NCBI GenBank assembly: GCA_030167865.1
Contig: JALAGF010006669.1
Span: 1-64,000, forward strand
Length of the DNA stretch: 64,000 nucleotides
Origin: Craspedostauros australis
Lineage: Eukaryota
Direction: 5' to 3'
The notes beneath the pieces were generated by a model that was not told the DNA's origin, made no database searches, and saw only the letters and a list, made by a program, of their open reading frames with translations. Position numbers and translations under genes: made by a program. Every line of letters begins with the position of its first letter. Position 1 is the first letter of the stretch. Of the stretch, positions 36,246 to 46,691 are shown piece by piece.

Positions 36246-37199
36246 CTACAGAATGGATGGGATGAATGCCTTGCGCTCCTTCGGGTAATCCTTGAACTTC
36301 TCCCTGTACCAACAGTGCTGCCTGAGGGCTCGTGGGATGAGATTGGCAGCAGTCCAAACGGGGAACGACCACGCAGCCCAACATCTTGCTGCGATTGCAT
36401 AGCCAACCCACTCCAGCATCTCTCCACCAAAATGGGGCGTGCTGACGTGCTCGAACAGACCGCCGCGAGGGATCTGGTATCCCTCGTTCAGGGAGCGCAG
36501 GCGGCATAACTCACTGTCAGATGTGTAGTTGATGACGAAGCCAAGCGCCATGACGAATACTCCCAAGACAAACCGGGGGGAATACTCGTATCGGTCTGGA
36601 TACGATTGAAACTGGCAGAGGCTCTGTGCTTGCAAGCTGAACGGAACATCGGGTGGATGGAAGCACGCGGGCAGACAAAGACGCAGGGGATGGGATCAGC
36701 GATCGAAGTACTCATAGCGACACAGTGCAGAATCATATCACGCAGTACCATCCCATGACATGTCATGCCATATCCGTGCTTGTGTGACGCGCCGTACTCG
36801 TAAGAGTAAAAGAGGGACGTACTATCCGTTGACCGTCGTGTAGCACATGCCAGAAAGCGTGATTCCGATTGGTGTTTTGCTTTTGGGTGACATCTTGAGG
36901 GGATACAGCAACGTCCGGTTGATGTAGTGCAAAGTGAACGCGGCCAATAGAATGCAGTTCGACATCCGAAAGATCGTCTCGTCACGGTGCAGGTAGCCGT
37001 AGACGGACCAAATCAGGTTGGGTGATTCAAAGAGGAACCATGACATGGGTGCGGGGAGCATCATCCCGAACCAGGAGTCTTCCGTGCGATGCAACTTTCC
37101 ATACGTCGATAGTGGGCGCAGCATCAGCCATGCAAATACTACCGGGGCAAGTATGAACACGCGGAGCGTCGTTGTATCCAACATCTCCCGTTCTGCCAT
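36246..37199 (-). CDS. Steroid 5-alpha-reductase / DET2-like (3-oxo-5-alpha-steroid 4-dehydrogenase), 2 exons, ~255 aa
   Basis: Exons 37199-36823 and 36636-36246 join to NGY|LQA (GT-AG, phase 2). Motifs: YGK, W.LFESP, HY.NR.L.YP, Y.IPRGGLFE.VS.PH..GE..EW, NL.PRA...H.WY..KF.DYP..RKA.IP. Confidence 0.92.
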
Positions 37200-37812
37200 G
37201 GTGTGCAGGAGTCTGTGTGTGAGTAGGCAGAGCAGTGGTGACGGCTACTACACTCGAGTTGAGCAGAGAGGAGTAGAGATTGGTTGCGACAGCTGTCTCC
37301 TTCGTTCGTTCGTTTGTTCGTCCGTCCCTTGACTTGACTTGATTTGATGGAAGCCTTCGAGTCTTCAGATGCGTTGGCTTGTGCGTTGGTGTGCTTGTTG
37401 GCGGGTCGGCGGAGAATAGATTTATCGGAAGTTCGTGATGGTTTGGATACCTCTCGGCGAGAGCTCCCTCCAAATCTTGGCGCGAAACATCGATTTTAGT
37501 CCATTGAGTCATAGTCACGATCCAGCCGATCACGAATAGGTCTCAATTCGACTTCCGAAATTACAGAAGAGCTTTGCCATCACCCAAACGACCCACCAAT
37601 CATCAACGCGATCCGCACCCAACAAAGGATCAACGTCACCAACACCCACAAGGACGAGCCGCGCTCCGCTGATGCCAAGCGATATCTATCGGCTTGCCAA
37701 ACTCAACAACACTGCTCCAATCAAGAACGATCGATACGGAGAGACAATCCATCGATGCTCGTCCCTTGCAGCGACGGATCATCAAGCACCGCACAAAGTT
37801 ACCTGCTTCAAG

Positions 37813-38295
37813 ATGGCGATTCTGTCGCAGATCCTCATCATCTGCATGCTGTGCGGTTGGGGCGTGTCAGCCTTCGCTCTATCCATGCACCATCAAGGTT
37901 CTAATAGGTCCACCACACAAGACACTTCATCATCGTCATTGCCATCGGCTGCACGACGTGCCTTCGTGATTGGTTCCGCTTCCTTCCTTGCTGGCATTGG
38001 CACTGCAGCTCCGGCCAACGCTCTGAAGCAACGCAACGAGGCATTGTGCGGGACAGGCTTCTTCACCAATATTGCTCAATACAAGTGCACAGAGATCGGC
38101 GACATATCGGACGAGGGCAAGTCAAAGGCGATGAACCGGAATGACATGCAATCGGTGGATAGCCTCCTGTCCAAGTTCGGCAATATCGAAGTCGTTGAAG
38201 GGGTCAAGGATACATCAGCGTCGTTATCGTCATCGGCCAAGACGAAGGCCAACGAAAAGAGTGAAGCTCTTGCGTCGGATCGCAAGGGAAGCTAG
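37813..38295 (+). CDS. Small plastid thylakoid-lumen protein (Tat-type), function unknown
   Basis: Signal peptide ending VSA-FAL, Ser-rich transit peptide, RRAFV twin-arginine motif, hydrophobic stretch and ANA cleavage site. Mature part begins LKQRNEALCGTGFF..YKC. Confidence 0.8.
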   Translation: MAILSQILIICMLCGWGVSAFALSMHHQGSNRSTTQDTSSSSLPSAARRAFVIGSASFLAGIGTAAPANALKQRNEALCGTGFFTNIAQYKCTEIGDISDEGKSKAMNRNDMQSVDSLLSKFGNIEVVEGVKDTSASLSSSAKTKANEKSEALASDRKGS

Positions 38296-38450
38296 AGTAG
38301 ATTCCAAATCATCGCCAACATCATCCGTATCATATCCCGTTCGTCTGTTCATGATAATATGACTACCTCCTCTTCATTCGATTCCATTCTTCATGACATG
38401 GCATTCGTCATGCACCCACCTTGAAAGAAAGGAAGCCCAGACGGCTCACT

Positions 38451-40064
38451 TCAAAAGATGCTGCGCTGCAAGGGACCGGAACGCTTCGCAAAGTCGTAGC
38501 GCTCAATCTCCGAGATGGGTGTATGCTCTCGGATCGACTTCGTCAACGTTTGCGACGGAACGTCCATCATTGCAGCCTGTAGCATGGATTGCGCCGTGTA
38601 CCGTTGTGCCCGTGATCCCAGCTTACGCAATCGTCGTTGGTAGGCATCGTTTCCATCTTCACCGTACATCAAGTGGAAGGGCGCGCCGATCAGCCTGCGG
38701 CGATTGGATTCCATTTGGTCTTGCGTCCATTGCAACGCCTTCCATCGTTCTTCTTCTTTGGCACAATATTGCATGTACTGTGTCAAGACATCGTCGCGAC
38801 TTTTCATCACTTGTCGTTGCTGTGTTTGTTGGAGTAGATCATCTCCTTCGACTCTCCACAGATCATCCACGCTCGCGAAGGAACACGGATGATTGATGAC
38901 GGCGCGTCCCACCATCGCTCCCATGCCAGTACCACCCGACGTACGTTGTTGAATGTCATTGACGTTCTGAATTCCACCGTTGGTCACGACCTCCAGCTGC
39001 GGGAAGTGGGATGCCAACCGCGGCACGACGCCGGGACGCAACGGCGGAATGCTGCGATTGTCGATGGTGGCCTGACGGGCCCTTCGTTTGGCTTGGTATT
39101 GGGCACGCTTGTGATTGATTTTAGGTGGTGCAGAATCGTTGTTGCCGTTCTTGCTGTTGGCATTGTTCTTGGATGGAACCCACAACGATGACGATTGCTC
39201 CAGCGCATCTCCCAACAGAGCGATGCGCGCATGGCACTGCACTCGTCGCACGTCACCATTCTTGGTGATGGTGGACACGAAGTGATGACTTTCCTGAAAG
39301 GCCTCGTCATCCGATTTGGCACGATCCGCAGCCGCGTCATATGTCGCAATCTCGCGCACACCGAGACGATGCTTGACCGATAGAAAGGTGCCGTTTGGTT
39401 CGCAGGACGCGTCTACCATGTCCTGTATCGATCGTGACATTGCTTCGACGCATTGGGCCACCAACGATGGTGTCTGCATGAGAGCCGCGCCGCCGGCTCT
39501 GCCGGAAACAGCGTTGCTGGGGCAGCCGCAGTTGAGATTGATGGAGTCGTAGCCGTACGCAGCACCGATGGAGGCGGCCTTGGCAAGCGCCTGCGGATCC
39601 TTGCCACCCAGCTGCAGATGAGTGTTGCCGTGCGGGTCATCGAATTGGAGCAATTCGTGAAGGGCAACGGTTTGCGGGTCGGCGTTGGTATATGAATGCG
39701 ACGATATCGAGGAGACGACCTCCAGGATGTCATCCGGATGGTACGACACTGCGCCCGTGCTGCTGTGCTCAGCCGCCGCAAGCTGATACGCCTGGACAAT
39801 CTGATTGGCCGGTATCATCTCGGTGTACAAATGCGCATGCTGGCTGATGCAGCGGAACATGTAGCGGTAATGACGATTGGTGTGTCCCATCATCGGTGCC
39901 ACGGAGAATAGCTCCTGCGATGTTGGGACACTTGTCGGCATGTGTGTAGGTGCTGCTGAATCTGCTGGTGAGTGTGCAGACAATGGCACTGGCAGTGATA
40001 GGGACATGACTTGTGCTGGATTGATGAAGAGCAGCATCAGCATGGCTGTCAACGCTTTCATCAT
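38451..40064 (-). CDS. dusA: tRNA-dihydrouridine synthase, DusA-like
   Basis: Motifs: FSVAPMM..TNRHYR, LYTEM, QLGG, INLNCGCPS, GAALM, SVKHRLG, HAR.A.L, NRSIPPL, NGGI, MVGRA. Start is uncertain: ATG 40064 gives a signal-peptide-like N-terminus, and an in-frame upstream ATG lies at 40286. Confidence 0.9.
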   Translation of the reverse strand: MMKALTAMLMLLFINPAQVMSLSLPVPLSAHSPADSAAPTHMPTSVPTSQELFSVAPMMGHTNRHYRYMFRCISQHAHLYTEMIPANQIVQAYQLAAAEHSSTGAVSYHPDDILEVVSSISSHSYTNADPQTVALHELLQFDDPHGNTHLQLGGKDPQALAKAASIGAAYGYDSINLNCGCPSNAVSGRAGGAALMQTPSLVAQCVEAMSRSIQDMVDASCEPNGTFLSVKHRLGVREIATYDAAADRAKSDDEAFQESHHFVSTITKNGDVRRVQCHARIALLGDALEQSSSLWVPSKNNANSKNGNNDSAPPKINHKRAQYQAKRRARQATIDNRSIPPLRPGVVPRLASHFPQLEVVTNGGIQNVNDIQQRTSGGTGMGAMVGRAVINHPCSFASVDDLWRVEGDDLLQQTQQRQVMKSRDDVLTQYMQYCAKEEERWKALQWTQDQMESNRRRLIGAPFHLMYGEDGNDAYQRRLRKLGSRAQRYTAQSMLQAAMMDVPSQTLTKSIREHTPISEIERYDFAKRSGPLQRSIF

Positions 40065-40835
40065 TCTCGCTGTCGCTGTTGAGAAATCCCGAGCGGTGGA
40101 TGGAAAGCAACTCGTACTCGTCTTCGTGCTCGTACGTGTTCTGTGAATGTGGCTGGAGTTAGTATCCGTACCATCATGGTACGAGCAACGGCTTCCACTT
40201 GACACAGCGGCCAGACCAGCTGCGCCAGCTGCGATCGTAGCTACAGTCGCAATCGATGTCGCTGTCCCAGTCGTAGTCGCATTCATACCTTCCAAGAGAG
40301 TGCGAGGATGGCGGCGGTGATACCATTGTCACAACCGACGGGCGATACCCTTGCAATCAGTGTCGTGATGCGTCATGTGTGAGGTCGGATGGACATCTCA
40401 GTCATTGGTGGTTGATGGCTCGCTCCACCAACAACGCACTGCGAGGAATCGCGAAGAACCGACACGAACAAAAAATGAGCGGCCAGCGATGACACTTCGT
40501 CCCCGATGACAGGAATGAGGACTTATGAAGTACCTTTGGATCTGCCATCCCGAGAAAGCCCAAGGAGATCCAACCAAGAAAAGTGCCACGCATCAAACCC
40601 CAACAGAAACCCAGACTCTGATACTGCCAACATCCATCACCAACCATCGACACCCGTCGCCAACATCCAATGTCCAACGGCAAGCATAAAACTTCTGGGG
40701 AAGCATCACGAACGCCTCCCATTTCAACGTGCTCATCTATAATACATACCTCCAGCACCACAAGAAGGCATTGTATCAGCACCAACAGAAACGTCAGTAG
40801 CAGTAAGTGGTTGCAAAGAACAGAACTTGGCAAAG

Positions 40836-43290
40836 ATGAAGGTGCCGTTGATGTTGGCGCTCGCTTCTCAATGCTGCATCCTCAGCATGATGCCAATCGC
40901 AGCATCGTCGTCAGCACGATGGGCCTCGTCCTCACGACGCAACGATGGCCTCGCCTCGCTCTTTGAACGCTTCAGTCAGGGCGGAAACGCGAATCGCGAC
41001 GATCGACGTATCGTGGACCTTACGCATCCGTTCCGGTCAGGCATCCTGCGCGCCGACCCCAGCAACATCCAGGCCTCCACGAGAGCGCGCAAGAAGGATG
41101 GCAAGCAAGATGATGACGGCGATCGAAACGACAAGGATGGAGACGACCAACCCACGCCACGCAACAAGCGACGTTCTCTGAACTGGCTGGAACGCAGAAA
41201 GCCAAACGAGCCAAGGCGCAGCAACAGCAGAAATGACGGCAAGAAGACCGGCACGACCTCCAACGACAAGGATGGCGCGAACGACGAGGGGCAGCTCAGC
41301 GACATCAACTTCGTGAAGGACCAGAAGTTATATTCCAGAGCCGAGGCCCGACGTCAGAAACGCAAGAAGGCTCGCGAGGAACGACAGCGCTTGAAGGACG
41401 AGAAGGAAGAAAAGAAGCGATTGCAGGAGGAAGACAAGAAGCAACGCAAGAAGGAGAAGGCTAGCGGCAGCAAAGCAAGAAAAACCGAAGATAGTGAAGG
41501 AGAGCAAGGCAAGGATCTGGATGATGGACAGTCTGATGATCTCACTTCTGGTCGCAGGAACAAATCCACCCAGTCCATTAAAGACGGCGAGAAGGAGGAT
41601 GAAGATGATGACGAGCTCGACCAGCTTCGGGAGTTCTTGGGCTCCACTTCATCAACTAAGGCCAACAACACATCTGCAAACAGCACCAGCAACAGCAAGA
41701 ACGACAAAGAGAATTCGGAGGCAGAGTCGGACCAGCCACGATGGAGATACCCTCAGCGGCAACAGCAGCAGCAGCAGCAACAACAACAACAAAGTGGCAG
41801 ACAGGGCCATTCACAACTGATCATCCTCGGTTCCCCGTCTCAGTCCATGCATCCGCGCTCGCCGAACGATCCAGATGACCCATCACAAAAGAGCCACCTC
41901 AACCAACACGCCACGGCGCAGCTTGTTGCGGAAGTCGCCGTCGCGTTGGTCGGCATCGCGACAAGAACATGGATCTACTCGTGGATCATCCGCCTCATCA
42001 CATCGGACCATGAAATCATGGATCCGGCGCAGCACTTCTTCTGGGAGGTCATCAACAACAAGTACGACCGCGACGAGGCCATCCTTTCGCGCGCATTCCA
42101 CAGTCGTCCATCGGGCGTCACCGCCAAGGACTGGAGAAGCTACCACCGGACAGCCAGACCTGCCCACAGCCAGCTCCGCGCCGCACTCCCCACGCAAACG
42201 TTGGTCGTTGTGGACATCACGCCCGGCGGTGAGATCGATCTGGAGTACATCTCCAACGTCTGCACCTTTCTCGTCAAACAGCATGCCCGCCAAGCCTTTG
42301 GGAAAAAGCTGGAAGTCGTGCTCTTGGTGCAATCTCCCGGCGGCGGGGTCACGCAGTTCGGACTGGCCGCATCGGAGATTGCCAGACTTCGCAAGAACAA
42401 CATCAACGTCACGGTCTGCATCGATCAGGTTGCGGCAAGCGGAGGTAAGATCAATCATGAACAGTCTTGTGCGTGTGCGTGTCATATTTGCATATTTGCT
42501 TTGTACTCGCGTTTTACTTCTTGACAATGTTTGAGCAACTGGAAGGCCACAGCATTGCGATACATCGTCGTCCGCGAAAGTACCAATTGCAGTCTATGTG
42601 TGCCTATGTCTGTGTGTGCATCTTTCATGGATTGCAGCGGTTGCTGCCACCACCGAAACACAACGCTCACTCCAGGGTCCCTCCTGCACTTTGCTTCCCA
42701 ACTCCGATCTCGCTTATCAAATGGTACACATCACAGGCTACATGATGGCAACTCAGGCATCCCGCATCATCGCAGCGCCGTTCGCTTATGTTGGCAGCAT
42801 CGGCGTCCGCCTGGAGACCTTCAACTTCAACAAGATGCTGGAGAACTACAAGGTCCGCCCTATCGTCCTGCATGCTGGCAAGAACAAGAACAACCTCTCG
42901 ATGTTCGGCAAGGTGACCGACGACGGTATCCAAGAGGAACAGAAACGGCTCACCCAGATGCACTCTGCCTTCATCCGATGGTGCACGGACCAGCGACCAT
43001 CCCTCGACCTGTCCATCTGCGACGGTTCTATCCACATCGGGGACGAAGCGCTGGAGACCGGATTGGTGGACCGCATCCTCACCTCCAGCGAGTACATCCA
43101 CGAACGCATGCGCGAGGGTGATTACGTCCTCAAACTGCACAAATACAGCAACGTGCATGTCCAGCAACGCCTCATCAACCTACTTCCGCACGTCAAGAAG
43201 AAGGTCAAAGTCATTATCACGCGCGTCGTGCAATCCGGCTTTGTCTTGAATATCGCACGTCAGATTGTGGCACAGGCGGGGTCGGCATAA
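40836..43290 (+). CDS. Peptidase S49 (SohB/SppA-like) with a long charged N-terminal extension, 2 exons
   Basis: Exons 40836-42444 and 42737-43290 join to give VAASGG|YMMA. Motifs: SPGG.V..FGLAAS...RL, AAPFAYVGSIGV, AGKNK, G.EALE.GLVD...TS.EY. Confidence 0.9.
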
Positions 43291-43609
43291 GTGTCAAGGG
43301 GGTACTAATGCCAACATGTAAACATGCAAACAAAGGATGCAATAAAGCAAAGAGATATTGTCTTAAATTACATGTAAGGACCGAAAGTTTGGTAGAGTCA
43401 CCTTGCCATACGTTCAACCAATTGGCGTAGTCAATCTAGCTTAGATATACTAGCCTGCTTTGGTGTGGCCATTTTGCGTGATCTTTGTTGGCTGGACGAT
43501 ACGAAAAACACCGTGGCGATGACCACAGAACACTCACAAACCAAACCAAAACGAGCATCGCGAGCACACACTACGCGCACGCAGATCAACCAATGCAACC
43601 ACACTCATC

Positions 43610-45006
43610 ATGCCCAATCCATCAAGCGAGGATCAGCAACAAAGAAACGTCCAGGCAGAACCCAAGGACAGATTCAGTGCGATTCCGCAGCACTTGCAAA
43701 TAGAGATCATTCACAGCGACGATGACATCATCGTGATCCGCAAACCGAACAACCTGCGATCCGTGCCTGGATTTGCTGCCACCAATACGGACGAGGCATC
43801 GCCCAAACCATCGGGCAATCGACGCACGGGTCACGAGGCGTGGGTGCTGGCGCTGCAAAGCTTTCGCAACGACAAGATGCTGCGGTCCGAACAATCTCGC
43901 ATTGCCAACTGCCTGCGTGCGATGGCCTCCATCCCGGACAACGCGCTGCAATCCATCCCGCGCAAGCACAAGCCATTCTGCAGATACGTGCAGCGCAATG
44001 CGCGCCGGCTCTTCGCAACATCATCCGATCGCCATGACAATGGAGACCATGCACCGCAGGCGGCGCACGAGAACCAGGAACTCTGCAACCAGGTGTACCA
44101 ACGCATCAAGCAGCGACAGATCCCACTGATAAATCTCCCACAAGTGACGAAACTGGAAGATTCTGCCGTGGGACAGCTCACGTTGCTGGGATACGGCGGA
44201 ATGCCGGAGGCATTCAACGTCGACAAGTCCATTCATGTTGTGCATCGGTTGGATTGCGAGGTATGTGCGTCCATGTGTATGAAGACCCATCGCGAATGAG
44301 GGGATTGCGACAAGAGTGCTGCGGTTCCTCTCGATGCATCGTGCGACCTGAATCTCTCCCTTGCTGACGCGCACCAAATGGGATGCATGCTGTACTCTAC
44401 CCCACTCTACCATTTCTATTTTGCACGCTCTCCATTCCCATCATTGCAATACAGACATCCGGAGTCATGACGTTCGCCCGCAACAGCGCCGCAGCCTCGT
44501 TCCTTTCCAAAGTCTGGCGCGAACGCGATGGTGTCCACAAGACATACATTGCGGAGGTTTCTGGCTGGCCTCCTTTCGCGGAGAAGCAACAAACGGAGGG
44601 AGAGATCCGCACGTTCTTGGCAAAGAGCGAAGAGAGCATCAAGTGGAAAGTTATGTCGAACCAACAACAACAACAACAACAACAACAGGAGCAGCAGCAG
44701 AGTGATGATGAGCGATGCAAAGAAAGTATCACCAAGTGGGCGTTGCGTGCGTCGTCGTGCAGCGAATCGATGAAGGACGGTCATATCGTGCTGCGGCTCC
44801 ATCCTATCACTGGCAGGACGCACCAGCTGAGGGTTCATTGCGCTCACGTTGGCAACGGGATCGTAGGCGATTCATTATATGGTGATGACAAAGGGAAATC
44901 TGACACAGGCAATCTCCGTCTACATGCTTCGGAGCTTTCATTTCCTCATCCCAAGGACAAGATTGCTGTTTCTTTCTCTTCTGAACCGTCCTGGTTGCAC
45001 GCATAA
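43610..45006 (+). CDS. RluA-family RNA pseudouridine synthase, 2 exons
   Basis: Exons 43610-44260 and 44455-45006 join to give VHRLDCE|TSG. Motifs: KP..LRSVPG, KTY.A.V, P.TGRTHQLRVH, IVGD.LYG, L.LHA..L.F.HP. Confidence 0.92.
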
Positions 45007-45501
45007 TGGCGATAAGCAATGGAGCAGAGTGCAAGGCTTCGTCGAATGGAGATAACACCTTCCCAAAACAGAGGGGTTTGTAGCTTGGAGATTACCAAGG
45101 GCACAGATGGCGCAGGGACGATGCGAGTGACTTCAACCTGACAGAAAGCTGCTATGATTGACACGCAAGACACGCTCGCTCACCCGCAAACAGAGGGTCG
45201 GCAGCGACTCTGCAGTCTACTGTACCGGTGCAGACATCCCACACCAGTTGGCCAAACGATGATATCACGTCACCATCCACATTGGTATGATACAGATGCA
45301 AGGTTCAGGTGGCAGGGCAATCGACTAGTGAAATTGATTGATACAAGGCATGCGGACTATCAGTCTACGATACTAACGTATTTGTAGTGTGCTCGGTGTG
45401 GATCTGACGATCGATGCGTGGACATGAACGCTGGTTCTCACGTTGTACATATGAATGGAGTGAGAGTGACCGATCATATGCTGACTTCATGTCCTCCAAT
45501 G

Positions 45502-45756
45502 TCACTCGCCACTCGGCGCTGTATCACCAGATCCTCTCCACCAGCTCGTTTTTGTCCGTTTGATGGAAGGTCCCTCGTTGAAGCATATGAGGATGCCAAG
45601 ATGACCCTTCCTCGTTGCGACATCGGCTGCGGTCTCACCTTTATTGTTTCTGATCTCGAGATCGATGTTCACATGGTCCGATCTAACCAACGCTTTCACC
45701 ACACGTTGAGAACTGTTCGCACTGGCCAAGTGCAACGGTGTGTCGCCGGACGCCAA
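45502..45756 (-). pseudogene. Ankyrin-repeat gene remnant
   Basis: GDTPLHLASANSSQRVVKALV...IRNNKGETAADVATRKGH, with no ATG-started long frame and disrupted sequence upstream. Confidence 0.6.
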
Positions 45757-46691
45757 AATAGCACCACAGCATGTCTATCTCACTGGCTGGGGAATACCGA
45801 GAATAGATGCCGCACCAGATAATGACGATCACCATTCACACTTTCATCTACTGCGCATCGTCGAAACATCATCTACTGTATGGTCGAACTGATTCGCTCG
45901 TTTGCAGTCGTGACGACGGCATTGTTGATAGGCACCATCTTGTGTGGAAGCAAGACAGCCTAAGGATGACGATGTGCGGCACCGTTGTCGGTCTAACGTA
46001 CGTGTCCTCGTCGCCCTTGCCATGCATATGCGTGTGCCCGTACACGTCTGTCCAAAGAGCAAACAAACAAGAAGGTGAAGGGGAGAGCTGAGACACGGAT
46101 GCACGTATTAGTTGCATTGCCAAATCGATGCAACTTCAGGGTGGCATTGGCACGACACCATGCGTCTTGTGGACGGTTGCGAGTCTCGATTCGTCCTTGC
46201 ACATGCCCTACGCACATACAGCATTCTACTCTCGAGACGGAGGTTTTCATTGCACATTAACATGTAATAGTAGACTAGAAAGCACGCATCTATGGTAGAC
46301 TTCGTGAAATTAGGTTGGGCAAGTATGGTACAACTCCGGGTTGTGAAATCTACACATTGTGAGTCTATTCGAATGCAGAAATAGTACTTCGATTGGGCTA
46401 ATCACAAGTAGCACAAACCACACTCAACAACACGATTTGTGATCCATTCGAGTGCAAATCAACGTCTCAACTCTTTTGTGCTGACATGACGCCACAACCA
46501 CCCAACAAACCAGAGACGTCTCGCAAAACTGTTTCTCCTTTTCTGCAAACGAGGAGACTGGCGCCAAAACGTGGAACAGAAAAACGCTCATGGCATCAAC
46601 ATCGACAACATCGACAACATCGTCGTGCTCAAACAGACCTACGTTTAGTAAAATATAATACAGACAGACACACGCGCACACGCAGAGAACC

